DNA from: an uncultured virus (IMG/VR IMGVR_UViG_3300012277_000001)
Lineage: Duplodnaviria; Heunggongvirae; Uroviricota; Caudoviricetes
IMG/VR virus record: IMGVR_UViG_3300012277_000001
Span: 248,001-307,943 of that record
Direction: 5' to 3' (one strand)
Length of the DNA stretch: 59,943 nucleotides
The notes under the pieces are model-generated. The model saw only the letters and a list, made by a program, of their open reading frames with translations, made no database searches and was not told the origin of the DNA. A program made the position numbers and the translations under genes. Shown here piece after piece: positions 28,320 to 36,309 of the stretch. Numbering within the stretch: position 1 is the stretch's first letter; each line of letters starts with the position of its first letter.

Positions 28320-28754
28320 ATGCTGGCAGCAATTAAAAACTGGATGAACCCGCCGATTCGCCAGTACAACATCACTGACTGCCCAAGCTGCGGTCGGTCG
28401 ATTCGCGACGAAATGACCCGGACCCAGCAAAGCCGGTGCACCTTCACTACGGCCCCGCGTCCACATACGCAAGTTTTCTGGTGTGGTCGTTGCAGCGGTG
28501 AATCGGAGTGGCACGGAGAACCCGGCGAAACGCAGCTAGTTTTCAAACGTGTAATTCGCCCACTGAATCCCGGTATTTACCGTGACCTGATTCAGATGGC
28601 CGAGGACGCGCAGTCCCAGTACAACATCGCGCTTATCACCAGCGGCATTCGCGGCATCAAGCCTGATGAAACAGACTTTTCGAAGTTGGATCGAAAAGGG
28701 GTGATGCACAAAATTAAACAGTTGCGTCGCCGTACACGAACATTCAGAAGGTAA
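28320..28754 (+). CDS. Zn-ribbon protein
   Basis: CPSC...CGRC; SD GAGGT. Confidence 0.7.
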   Translation: MLAAIKNWMNPPIRQYNITDCPSCGRSIRDEMTRTQQSRCTFTTAPRPHTQVFWCGRCSGESEWHGEPGETQLVFKRVIRPLNPGIYRDLIQMAEDAQSQYNIALITSGIRGIKPDETDFSKLDRKGVMHKIKQLRRRTRTFRR

Positions 28755-28760
28755 CAAATC

Positions 28761-29096
28761 ATGGAAATGATTGACGACATGATCACTCCGGAAATTGCGC
28801 TGCGTGTTATGGATCGCGTGAACGATCATTTCGTTTACGATGGCCTGCCTCAACGTCTTGAGGATTTGGTCCCATTGGTCCAGTTCAACGCATGCGCCGG
28901 AGAGTTCGGCCTTGAATTTTGCGGTATGTGCATCTGGCATACTGCAAGCGACAACCAGTACATTTCTGAAAATGCGCTGGAAACCTTCGTACAGTCCCGT
29001 ATCGCAGAAATGCGTAAGGTACTGAATCATGTCACCATTGGCATCACCAACTCTGTTGTGGATCAGGTGATCGACGAAGCAGACGAGAAACTGTAA
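28761..29096 (+). CDS. Hypothetical protein
   Basis: SD AAGGT. Confidence 0.7.
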   Translation: MEMIDDMITPEIALRVMDRVNDHFVYDGLPQRLEDLVPLVQFNACAGEFGLEFCGMCIWHTASDNQYISENALETFVQSRIAEMRKVLNHVTIGITNSVVDQVIDEADEKL

Positions 29097-29188
29097 ATTC
29101 TCAAAGCAACACCGCTGTATCCGGTGGCGCGGTAAGCGTCGCCGACCTAACCTAACTAGACTGTTGTGCGGAAAGCACAGAGGGCTAT

Positions 29189-30193
29189 ATGCAATACAAA
29201 TTCGAACGTTCCGTTTTTGATAACAGCCGCGTGTATGAAACCGTGGTGAATACTCTGCTGATTGGTTACGCGAAAAACGTAAATCGTCTGAGCGAGTGTG
29301 CCACCGATGGTTCGATGTTCGATACCAACGTGATCCTGTATGGCGTCACCGAGTCGTCGGCAAAGATCCGCGCCAGCGACACGTTCAAGGGCACCAACTA
29401 CGTCAACATTCGCTGCGCCGGTTCCGATACGGATCTGGAAGGCCTCCAAAACGCGCTCGGAAAAAACCGTTTCAACGGCCATGTGATCATCTGCCCTGAC
29501 GTTGAGCATGCCCGCGATCACGTGTATTACCATCTGGCTAAGCTGCTGGAAGTTGTGGCCTGCGATCACGACTACCGCAAGGGCCGCTACAATCGCGAAT
29601 TCCTGACGTTGATTCCGAACACAAACGTCGAAAATGATCTGCTGTGGGCGATGTTCGAAAACTGGAAAGCCCGCACCTTCGGTTCGCATCGGAATATCCT
29701 GATCGAAAATGCCGAGTATCGTTTTTCGCGCTACTTCGGGACCAAGGACGACGGCTTCGAATACCGCCAGAAGAACATGGCGAAGAGCATCGCTAATGGT
29801 GAACCGGGCGCGTTGCGCATCGCACCTCCGCACGAACTCGATCCTGCGCTGACTTACGCTGCATTTTTGGACCGCTCGAAAACGTTCGACACGACCAACC
29901 TGCATCCTGTGCGCCTCGGTCGTGATTTTGCCCAACTTCGTCATTCGTACCTGCGCGAAATCATCGACGCGCTTTCCCCGTACGGCCTGCAAGTGATCGG
30001 TGCTGATGGTGAAAATGTGCCTTCCCGTGTCGTCTGCCTCGACGATTACGTTGCGTGGAAAATGTTTGAAACTTCCATCACTACTAATGTGATGTATCCG
30101 CCAGAATACCAGACGGGCGGTGCTGCATGTTGTGGCTCTGACACTTCGACCAAACCCACTATTGTCTCCATGGAAGAAATTTCCAAGCGCTAA
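29189..30193 (+). CDS. Hypothetical protein with degenerate AAA+-like N-domain
   Basis: NVILYG at the Walker A position (no GKT); VIICPDVEHA...VYYHLAKLLE resembles Walker B and the following helix. Confidence 0.5.
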   Translation: MQYKFERSVFDNSRVYETVVNTLLIGYAKNVNRLSECATDGSMFDTNVILYGVTESSAKIRASDTFKGTNYVNIRCAGSDTDLEGLQNALGKNRFNGHVIICPDVEHARDHVYYHLAKLLEVVACDHDYRKGRYNREFLTLIPNTNVENDLLWAMFENWKARTFGSHRNILIENAEYRFSRYFGTKDDGFEYRQKNMAKSIANGEPGALRIAPPHELDPALTYAAFLDRSKTFDTTNLHPVRLGRDFAQLRHSYLREIIDALSPYGLQVIGADGENVPSRVVCLDDYVAWKMFETSITTNVMYPPEYQTGGAACCGSDTSTKPTIVSMEEISKR

Positions 30194-30200
30194 ATAGACC

Positions 30201-30216
30201 GGGCCAAGGACGGCCC
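30201..30216 (+). promoter_or_regulatory. RsmA/CsrA-type GGA hairpin
   Basis: gggcc-AAGGAC-ggccc; twin at 26118. Confidence 0.6.
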
Positions 30217-30233
30217 TCTGCTTTGGGGAAGTC

Positions 30234-30533
30234 ATGAAAACTTTTTCAGAACGTGGCGTTACGGTTGTGGCCTACATCGAGCACTGGCAATTCATTAGCC
30301 CGCGCTATGGTTGGATGTACGCTGGTACACATCCGCACAACGTGTCGAACAGCCACGATCCATATTTTGAAGCCAAAAGATTGTGTGTCTTGTGGGCTGA
30401 AACTGAGCATCGCTATAAGCTACGCGACCATGAACCTTTTGGTGTGGCCACCAAGGAACAAACGGGCAACATGAGTGCCGAACAACTTCGCAATTTGGTG
30501 CAACGTTCAAATAAACTGGATGCGTGTCTATGA
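30234..30533 (+). CDS. Hypothetical protein
   Basis: SD GGGGA. Confidence 0.65.
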   Translation: MKTFSERGVTVVAYIEHWQFISPRYGWMYAGTHPHNVSNSHDPYFEAKRLCVLWAETEHRYKLRDHEPFGVATKEQTGNMSAEQLRNLVQRSNKLDACL

Positions 30534-30982
30534 ATGCTAGTCCTTGGGGTCCGTATCGACTGCGTGAGCCGTGGCCGCGCATAACACCGGAAAAGCTGAT
30601 TGAAATCGGCAACTCTGATTGCGAGTATCGTGATTATTGCGGGCAGCTGATCGAGGCCACGTTTGATGACGTGCATGGGGCACTCGAAGACTGTGACGTG
30701 GATTACCTGAGTTCGCTTGTAAAAGCTGCGCACCATATTCACAGCACGTCACGGAAAACTACGGTGCTTCGGCATTTTTATATCCGGCGCCATCATATCG
30801 AAGGCTGGTACGAATTACGTTGTCATTCGTGGGTTCAAACTGCACGTGAAGAGGGGCCTGCAAAGGCCAATCGTCACCATCGTGGGTTATGGAATGAGGT
30901 GAACAATGTCGCAGGACCACTTAGGAAATATGTACCTCGATTTACTTGGGACGAATACGTGGGCTGGCTTGCGCGTAGTTGA
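30530..30982 (+). CDS. Hypothetical protein
   Basis: ATGA overlap. Confidence 0.65.
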   Translation: MNASPWGPYRLREPWPRITPEKLIEIGNSDCEYRDYCGQLIEATFDDVHGALEDCDVDYLSSLVKAAHHIHSTSRKTTVLRHFYIRRHHIEGWYELRCHSWVQTAREEGPAKANRHHRGLWNEVNNVAGPLRKYVPRFTWDEYVGWLARS

Positions 30983-31286
30983 AGACCCGGCGCAGCTAGA
31001 AATCGTGGAGCATAAGCAGGAACGCAAATGGGCACGCCGCAAAATGTGGCAGCCGTTTCGCCGTTTCGACATAATCCGCTCTGTGAAACCTTCGCGCACT
31101 ATCATGCAGATGGGTGATATGCTGATCATGCACCCGGAAATGGCGAAAGAGGTTCGTGCCGCGATAGACGCGGCAGAAAAACCGAAGAACTCTTCGGTCG
31201 GGGCCTCGACTCACATGCCTACGGTGGACTGGATGCCTGATATTCCGATTAAGTCGAATCGAGATATCGCCAAAGGACTTTTCTGA
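30930..31286 (+). CDS. Hypothetical protein
   Basis: SD AGGA; LIMHP motif. Confidence 0.6.
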   Translation: MYLDLLGTNTWAGLRVVEDPAQLEIVEHKQERKWARRKMWQPFRRFDIIRSVKPSRTIMQMGDMLIMHPEMAKEVRAAIDAAEKPKNSSVGASTHMPTVDWMPDIPIKSNRDIAKGLF

Positions 31287-31696
31287 TGCGCAAAAACCTT
31301 CGTGATCGTAAGACCACTCTGTGGTACAAGGCCAGCCGTCGTGTCCGTTGGAAATATACGGACGATTTGTGGTTTGCGTTTGTGCTCGATCCGGAAACTA
31401 TCGAGTGGCGACAGCAGGGTATTGCTCACCGGCAAATCGGGCGTGATGGAGCCGGTCGGCTTGTCTGGCCCGACCAATCCATTCACCAGTTTAAACGGGT
31501 TGATGTGGTGTTGCTAACCTATCGGATCACGGGTGAATACTCTGTGGCCGAAATCGTGAAAAATGTGCTGCACCAACTCAACGATTTGAGTGGCACTAAG
31601 TGGTATCCACCGGTAGGCACTGAGCAAGGGCCGTTTAGTCCGTATGCCATGAAAATTTCCCAATCTACTTTTGAGTACCAAAAGGACGTGCAATGA
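31286..31696 (+). CDS. Hypothetical protein
   Basis: TGATG coupling. Confidence 0.65.
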   Translation: MRKNLRDRKTTLWYKASRRVRWKYTDDLWFAFVLDPETIEWRQQGIAHRQIGRDGAGRLVWPDQSIHQFKRVDVVLLTYRITGEYSVAEIVKNVLHQLNDLSGTKWYPPVGTEQGPFSPYAMKISQSTFEYQKDVQ

Positions 31697-32001
31697 TCAT
31701 CGGTAAATTTCATCTGGCAATTACTGACCGTCAGACGCTGGAGATTCCGTCTCCTGCACGCATCTTGTCCGTGATTGCCAAGCCCGACGAATTCAACCAT
31801 GAAGACGTTCTGCTCTATGCCGAAATGGAAAAAGGGGCGCCGCTTCTGTATCGCAAAATTCGCATTTACGGCACCGGCCATGAAATGGACGAACCGCATA
31901 CGGGTATTTTTCTCGGCACTGTTCACACTGAAAATGGCCAGCTGGTTTGGCACATTTACGACGTAACCGACTACGACGCCGAACACCACTACGGGCCATG
32001 A
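31693..32001 (+). CDS. Conserved hypothetical phage protein (IYGTGH...LGTV...LVWHIY family)
   Basis: ATGA overlap; motif seen widely in phage hypotheticals. Confidence 0.75.
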   Translation: MIIGKFHLAITDRQTLEIPSPARILSVIAKPDEFNHEDVLLYAEMEKGAPLLYRKIRIYGTGHEMDEPHTGIFLGTVHTENGQLVWHIYDVTDYDAEHHYGP

Positions 32002-32207
32002 AAAAGATCAAGGATCACGAACACAAACCGTGGTGCACGTGGTGTAAAACCCAAGGCAAAGAAACTGTAGCCATGTGGCGCCAAGGTGCACACGGTGGAG
32101 CGTGGGCCTGCCAAGATCACCAAAAAGATTTGCAGGAACGTGAAAAGAAAATGGCCGGGGATACCCACATGTCCGAGGCCGATTATCAAACATGGGGCCG
32201 CTTATGA
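31998..32207 (+). CDS. Small Zn-finger protein
   Basis: CxxC..CxxH; MSEADYQTW tail. Confidence 0.7.
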   Translation: MKKIKDHEHKPWCTWCKTQGKETVAMWRQGAHGGAWACQDHQKDLQEREKKMAGDTHMSEADYQTWGRL

Positions 32208-32413
32208 AAAACGCTTTTCATCTGATGGACGCTTACCGCTTCCAACGTGATGTAGAAATCACACGCATGTTGAAGTGCATGGGTGACATTTTGAGCACTG
32301 ACAAAACGGCGCTTGCCAAGCGTAAGGCCTACTGGAAAGCCAGCCGCAAGATCAGCGCAAAAATCTTTCCACGTGGCAAAAACTTCGCCCTGCACTGGGA
32401 GCGTCCACTGTGA
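32204..32413 (+). CDS. Hypothetical protein
   Basis: ATGA overlap. Confidence 0.6.
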   Translation: MKNAFHLMDAYRFQRDVEITRMLKCMGDILSTDKTALAKRKAYWKASRKISAKIFPRGKNFALHWERPL

Positions 32414-32943
32414 AAACGCGTGTCCTCCACAAAGACGGCTGTTATATACCGCAGATGCGCCCGACCGCGTGGCCGTTCTGGTTCAACATCACCGACGATA
32501 TTTTCGAACGTGAATCTGAAGAACTCGATAACTACAACACCGAACTTTCGGCTGACGATGTGGCAGAAGGCTGTGCCCGCCGTCTGGTTGGGAATCAAAA
32601 GGATTTCGTGGGCGAAGTTTACTATCGTTCGTGGCGCCAGCGCGTTCGCAATTTCTTCCGTGGTGTTCCGGGTCCGCAAGGTGCCTGTGGCGCTATGGGC
32701 ATGAGCGGACGCGATGGCAAATCACGCGGTGCCCTCGACCTACAGTGCCCAAACTGTAAAAAGTTTGTACAGGATGAACCTGTACAGGAAATTCGATTCC
32801 GTTTCTGGCATACGCAAGCCGAGCCTACTTTCACCCTACATTGTGACGGCTGTCGTCGTTGTTCTGTGTGGAAAATCGTAAACGGCCTACCAATCCCGTG
32901 CAGCATGCTGCGTAAGGAAGAACCCGATGCAACTTCTGGTTGA
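32410..32943 (+). CDS. Protein with short collagen-like (GXY) segment and Zn ribbon
   Basis: GVPGPQGACGAMGMSGRDGKS; CPNC..CDGC. Confidence 0.65.
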   Translation: MKTRVLHKDGCYIPQMRPTAWPFWFNITDDIFERESEELDNYNTELSADDVAEGCARRLVGNQKDFVGEVYYRSWRQRVRNFFRGVPGPQGACGAMGMSGRDGKSRGALDLQCPNCKKFVQDEPVQEIRFRFWHTQAEPTFTLHCDGCRRCSVWKIVNGLPIPCSMLRKEEPDATSG

Positions 32944-33655
32944 CGGAAAGCTATACAAAACTTCGTTGGATAGTCCGGGTATTGTCGTTGCATTGAACGT
33001 GCTTCCGCTGGACAAGACTTACGTGGAAGCAGCGACCCTACGTTACGTTCAGAACGTGATGCGGGAGTCTTTTAACGGCCACCGGAATGCAGTGCATCAC
33101 CAGAAGCTGATTGCGGCGCTGGAACGTATCGGCGGAATGTCCGAGATTTCATTCGAAGACTCTTTAGAGTTTCCGGGTATTATCGCACTTAATGCTTCTG
33201 CGCAGAACTGGCGGTATTCGAACACTCTGGATCTGCTTGGCCTCATGCTCGAAAACTTCCTTACGGGTAACGTCATGCGTTGCCTGTCGGGTTCAGTTTT
33301 CTACGATAAATTTGAGCATGAAACAATCTTCAATGTACGGCAGCAAACCGAAGAACGTTTGGCCCACGTCATTCAAACTCTACACCGCGTGATGGATTTT
33401 GTGGGCGGGGCCACAAGGGTTAGCCTCAACGCCGGGGAAGTGGCAGAAAACGGAAATGTTAACCTGCACTACTCTATCCACTACGGTGACACGCACATGT
33501 ATCAGGCAATGCCGACGCGGGGCAAAAAGCAACCTGAAAAGTGGATCAACTGGATGCGGTTAAACTTCGTTGACCACGTGGCGGAAACCCGCGCCATGGA
33601 TCAAGTAGATCGGTTGAATAGTGCGCTTCAATGGCTGCCTGAAATGAAAATCTGA
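32927..33655 (+). CDS. Hypothetical protein
   Basis: SD AAGGA. Confidence 0.7.
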   Translation: MQLLVDGKLYKTSLDSPGIVVALNVLPLDKTYVEAATLRYVQNVMRESFNGHRNAVHHQKLIAALERIGGMSEISFEDSLEFPGIIALNASAQNWRYSNTLDLLGLMLENFLTGNVMRCLSGSVFYDKFEHETIFNVRQQTEERLAHVIQTLHRVMDFVGGATRVSLNAGEVAENGNVNLHYSIHYGDTHMYQAMPTRGKKQPEKWINWMRLNFVDHVAETRAMDQVDRLNSALQWLPEMKI

Positions 33656-33661
33656 GTTCGT

Positions 33662-33705
33662 GTAATTTAGACATAGCATCTAAAAAGGAGAATGCTATGT
33701 CTAAA
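33662..33705 (+). promoter_or_regulatory. Start-codon-sequestering hairpin overlapping candidate late promoter
   Basis: Perfect 14-bp IR 33666-33679/33692-33705; SD in the loop, ATG in the 3' arm; GTAATTTA at 33662. Confidence 0.8.
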
Positions 33706-34302
33706 CCACGCGAAATTACCGGGAACATTTCCGGTAAGTATGAGTCGGGCGGTCGCGGTGTCAAAACTGTGTCCACTGGCAAAGGCGACAAAGGCGGTGT
33801 GAGCTACGGCAAGCACCAGCTGGCATCGAACACCGGGACCATGGCGGATTTTTTAAAGTCGTCGTTTGGTCGTCCGTACGCTGTACGCTTCGGCGCCACG
33901 ATTCCGGGCACTAAAGAATTCACCGCGATCTACAACGCGATTGCGAGTGAAGCGCCTGAAGAATTTGAAATGGCGCAATTCATGTACATCGGCCAAACAC
34001 ACTACGACCCGCAGGCTGCAAAATTGGCTGCGAATTACATTTTCGTAGACGACCGCCATGTCGCGGTTCGCGAATGTGTGTTCAGCGTTTCTGTTCAGTA
34101 CGGCCCAAATACCAGCTTCATCATCAAGGCGCTGGGGCCGAACTTCAAAGGCACTGATCGGGAATTCATCGAGAAAGTGCAGGACTATCGCGCCTCTTCG
34201 GTTGGCGTGTATTTCAAATCCAGCAGCAAGGCGGTTCAAAAAAGCGTGGCTGATCGTGCAGCCGACGAGAAAAAAGATTTGCTAGCTTTGCTCAACACCT
34301 AA
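33697..34302 (+). CDS. Stand-alone VgrG3-C-like muramidase, candidate endolysin
   Basis: YESGG.G..TVSTGKGDKGGVSYGKHQL, THY.P and SVQYG motifs; paralog of the domain in 11030-14587. Confidence 0.8.
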   Translation: MSKPREITGNISGKYESGGRGVKTVSTGKGDKGGVSYGKHQLASNTGTMADFLKSSFGRPYAVRFGATIPGTKEFTAIYNAIASEAPEEFEMAQFMYIGQTHYDPQAAKLAANYIFVDDRHVAVRECVFSVSVQYGPNTSFIIKALGPNFKGTDREFIEKVQDYRASSVGVYFKSSSKAVQKSVADRAADEKKDLLALLNT

Positions 34303-34312
34303 AGGATTTCGC

Positions 34313-34699
34313 ATGTGTGACCACGATCTGCCCTTCGACGTAGAATCAGAACCTGTTGTTGAACCTTACCGTTACAAGTTTGGTGCGACTTCGATTGAAT
34401 GGCTCGACCCCGACGTTGTTGCATTCGAGGCTTCTGCTAAATACGTCGAAGTTGTGTTGCGTTGGGATAACCGCCGTCCGCTGCTGACTGATACTCTGAA
34501 AACGTTGATTTCGGATCAACGATATTCGGAGCATTTCATTCAGATTCACCGCTCGACCCTCATTCGGGCGGCGGACGTTCACCGTATGCGGCACATCACA
34601 GCAACCGGGCAGCATGAGGTGGTCACGCTATGCGGTCTGGTGTTCCCCGTGTCCCGTCGCTTTGTCCGGGCTGTACGGCAAGCCCTAGCGGCCCTGTAG
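34313..34699 (+). CDS. LytTR DNA-binding domain protein
   Basis: FEA..KYV, FIQIHRSTLI and PVSRR motifs. Confidence 0.88.
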   Translation: MCDHDLPFDVESEPVVEPYRYKFGATSIEWLDPDVVAFEASAKYVEVVLRWDNRRPLLTDTLKTLISDQRYSEHFIQIHRSTLIRAADVHRMRHITATGQHEVVTLCGLVFPVSRRFVRAVRQALAAL

Positions 34700-34704
34700 G
34701 CGCC

Positions 34705-34789
34705 TTGACACGCCAGTTCTGACGGTGGCATACTTGGCGGGTGGCAGCTGTTGCCCGCTGCTTTAACACTCACAAAATTTGGGAAGTTT
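34705..34789 (+). promoter_or_regulatory. Sigma70 promoter plus conserved leader, copy 1
   Basis: TTGACA-18-CATACT (TGn); hairpin; CACTCAC-N7-GGGAAGTTT. Confidence 0.8.
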
Positions 34790-34792
34790 TCC

Positions 34793-35155
34793 ATGAGCAA
34801 GCAACGCCCCAATCTGCTGCTGTGCTACGAACAGGTTCCGGATCGCACCGATTTCTATTTTGTGCCTTCCGATTCCGATCTTCCTGCACCGCTGTTCAAT
34901 GCGTTGATGCGCGTCAATAACCTGATCGTAAATTCCGTGGAATCTGCCCCGCAAAACGAAAAGCAGTGGCGCGACATTATGTACATGCAGGCGGCCACCA
35001 CGATCCGGCGTGACTACCTCGAAGAAGAAAACACGTACGGTCAAAATCGCTTTTTCAACCTGTTGACGCCTTACCTCCTTAATGAGGATGCGGGGCCTGC
35101 AATCCTGAACATTAGCGGTACGCTGACCCTGATCCGTACCGCATTCATCCAGTGA
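34793..35155 (+). CDS. Hypothetical early protein
   Basis: First gene after leader copy 1. Confidence 0.75.
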   Translation: MSKQRPNLLLCYEQVPDRTDFYFVPSDSDLPAPLFNALMRVNNLIVNSVESAPQNEKQWRDIMYMQAATTIRRDYLEEENTYGQNRFFNLLTPYLLNEDAGPAILNISGTLTLIRTAFIQ

Positions 35156-35256
35156 TGCAAAAACTGTAAACACTACAGAGCAGCAAACACTAGGCGGTGG
35201 TGCGCTGGCCGCTGCCGCCCGGTGAATCCTATTTGACCAGCAAAGGAAATACAGCA

Positions 35257-35730
35257 ATGACTAAATTTGATCGCGCAGACTTCACCAAAATCGACGCAGC
35301 TGTTGTTGATCTGGTGCGTGCCACTATTGCAGCCGGTAAAGATCGTGCAGTGTTCGAATGTTACGATCTGTTCAAGTCGCTGCACCTTTCTCGGATGACT
35401 CGCCACAAATTCCCTAGCGCACTGATGGACGTTCCGTCCGGTTCTGCCTTCTGTGCAGAATTTGGTGACTGGATTATTGCCGAGGTGGGCGACGACCAAT
35501 ACGTGTTGATCAAACTGGGCGACCGTGAAACACCGTGGTACGACGCGGACGAATTCTACAAGGCAAATTACCGCGCCGCGCAGAACCCACGCAATCCCCG
35601 CAGCCGTCGCCCGGATGATAAACAAGCACGTGGTGTTCTGAACATCACGTTGCCTGAAGGCATGAGCACCGACGACGCGCAAAAGATTCTGGCATTCGCC
35701 GCTAGCCTGCAAGGTGGCAAAGGTCAGTAA
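35257..35730 (+). CDS. Hypothetical protein
   Basis: SD AAGGA; ACTGTAAA at 35163. Confidence 0.75.
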   Translation: MTKFDRADFTKIDAAVVDLVRATIAAGKDRAVFECYDLFKSLHLSRMTRHKFPSALMDVPSGSAFCAEFGDWIIAEVGDDQYVLIKLGDRETPWYDADEFYKANYRAAQNPRNPRSRRPDDKQARGVLNITLPEGMSTDDAQKILAFAASLQGGKGQ

Positions 35731-35740
35731 TCAGTAACAG

Positions 35741-35767
35741 AAGCCCCGGCCTACGCTGGGGCTTTTT
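35741..35767 (+). terminator. Intrinsic terminator
   Basis: aagccccggc/gctggggc plus T5. Confidence 0.85.
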
Positions 35768-35793
35768 CGTATATGGATCTAGGAATTTTCGCA

Positions 35794-36309
35794 ATGAAGC
35801 TCGATGGCCGCAAACTTCAAAAATGGCGCATGCGCCTCGGTATTAAGCAGCTGGATTTGGCGCAGTATTTATGCCTTGACCAACGCGATTTGAACAAGAT
35901 AGAAAATCGTATGCCGGTGCCCCGTGCGTGGGAAGTGCGCGAACATATTCAAACGGCCCTGACCTATTTTCAGGATACGCCACTTTATGACCTGCATGTG
36001 GATTCGGCGCGCATGGCGAAGAACACCGAGGGCTTTTTGGCCACGCTCCAAGTGACCACTAAACACGACACGACAGCCGATTTCTACGTGGACAAGCGCG
36101 AACAGGCTCGGGCGTTTGTGCGCATTGTGGATGCGTTGCGTTTTGAGAAAGGCGGTTTGCCTCATGAATCGTTGCTGCTGATCAAATTCAACGAAGGTCG
36201 GCACCTGCGCATCATTGCTAACCCGCTGCGCGTTATGCAGCACGTCGAAAAGTTTTACGTGCAGGGTCGCCAAATCGTGAGCGTCGAAAGGCAAATTGAA
36301 GCTGCATGA
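35794..36309 (+). CDS. XRE-family HTH protein
   Basis: L..WR..LGI.Q..LA..L......L..IEN motif. Confidence 0.8.
   Translation: MKLDGRKLQKWRMRLGIKQLDLAQYLCLDQRDLNKIENRMPVPRAWEVREHIQTALTYFQDTPLYDLHVDSARMAKNTEGFLATLQVTTKHDTTADFYVDKREQARAFVRIVDALRFEKGGLPHESLLLIKFNEGRHLRIIANPLRVMQHVEKFYVQGRQIVSVERQIEAA

Noticed and set aside
29097..29188. Possible tRNA or known riboswitch in the structured gap
   Set aside because: No cloverleaf, TTCRA T-loop or CCA end, and no riboswitch consensus that I recognise
30225..30233. GGGAAGT before ATG 30234 as a seventh leader copy
   Set aside because: Lacks TCAC at the 7-nt spacing and has no upstream TTGAC promoter; treated as a plain SD
34760..34774. TCAC(A) as half of a CRP/Vfr site
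   Set aside because: No TGTGA half-site 6 nt upstream in any copy; the conserved partner box lies downstream
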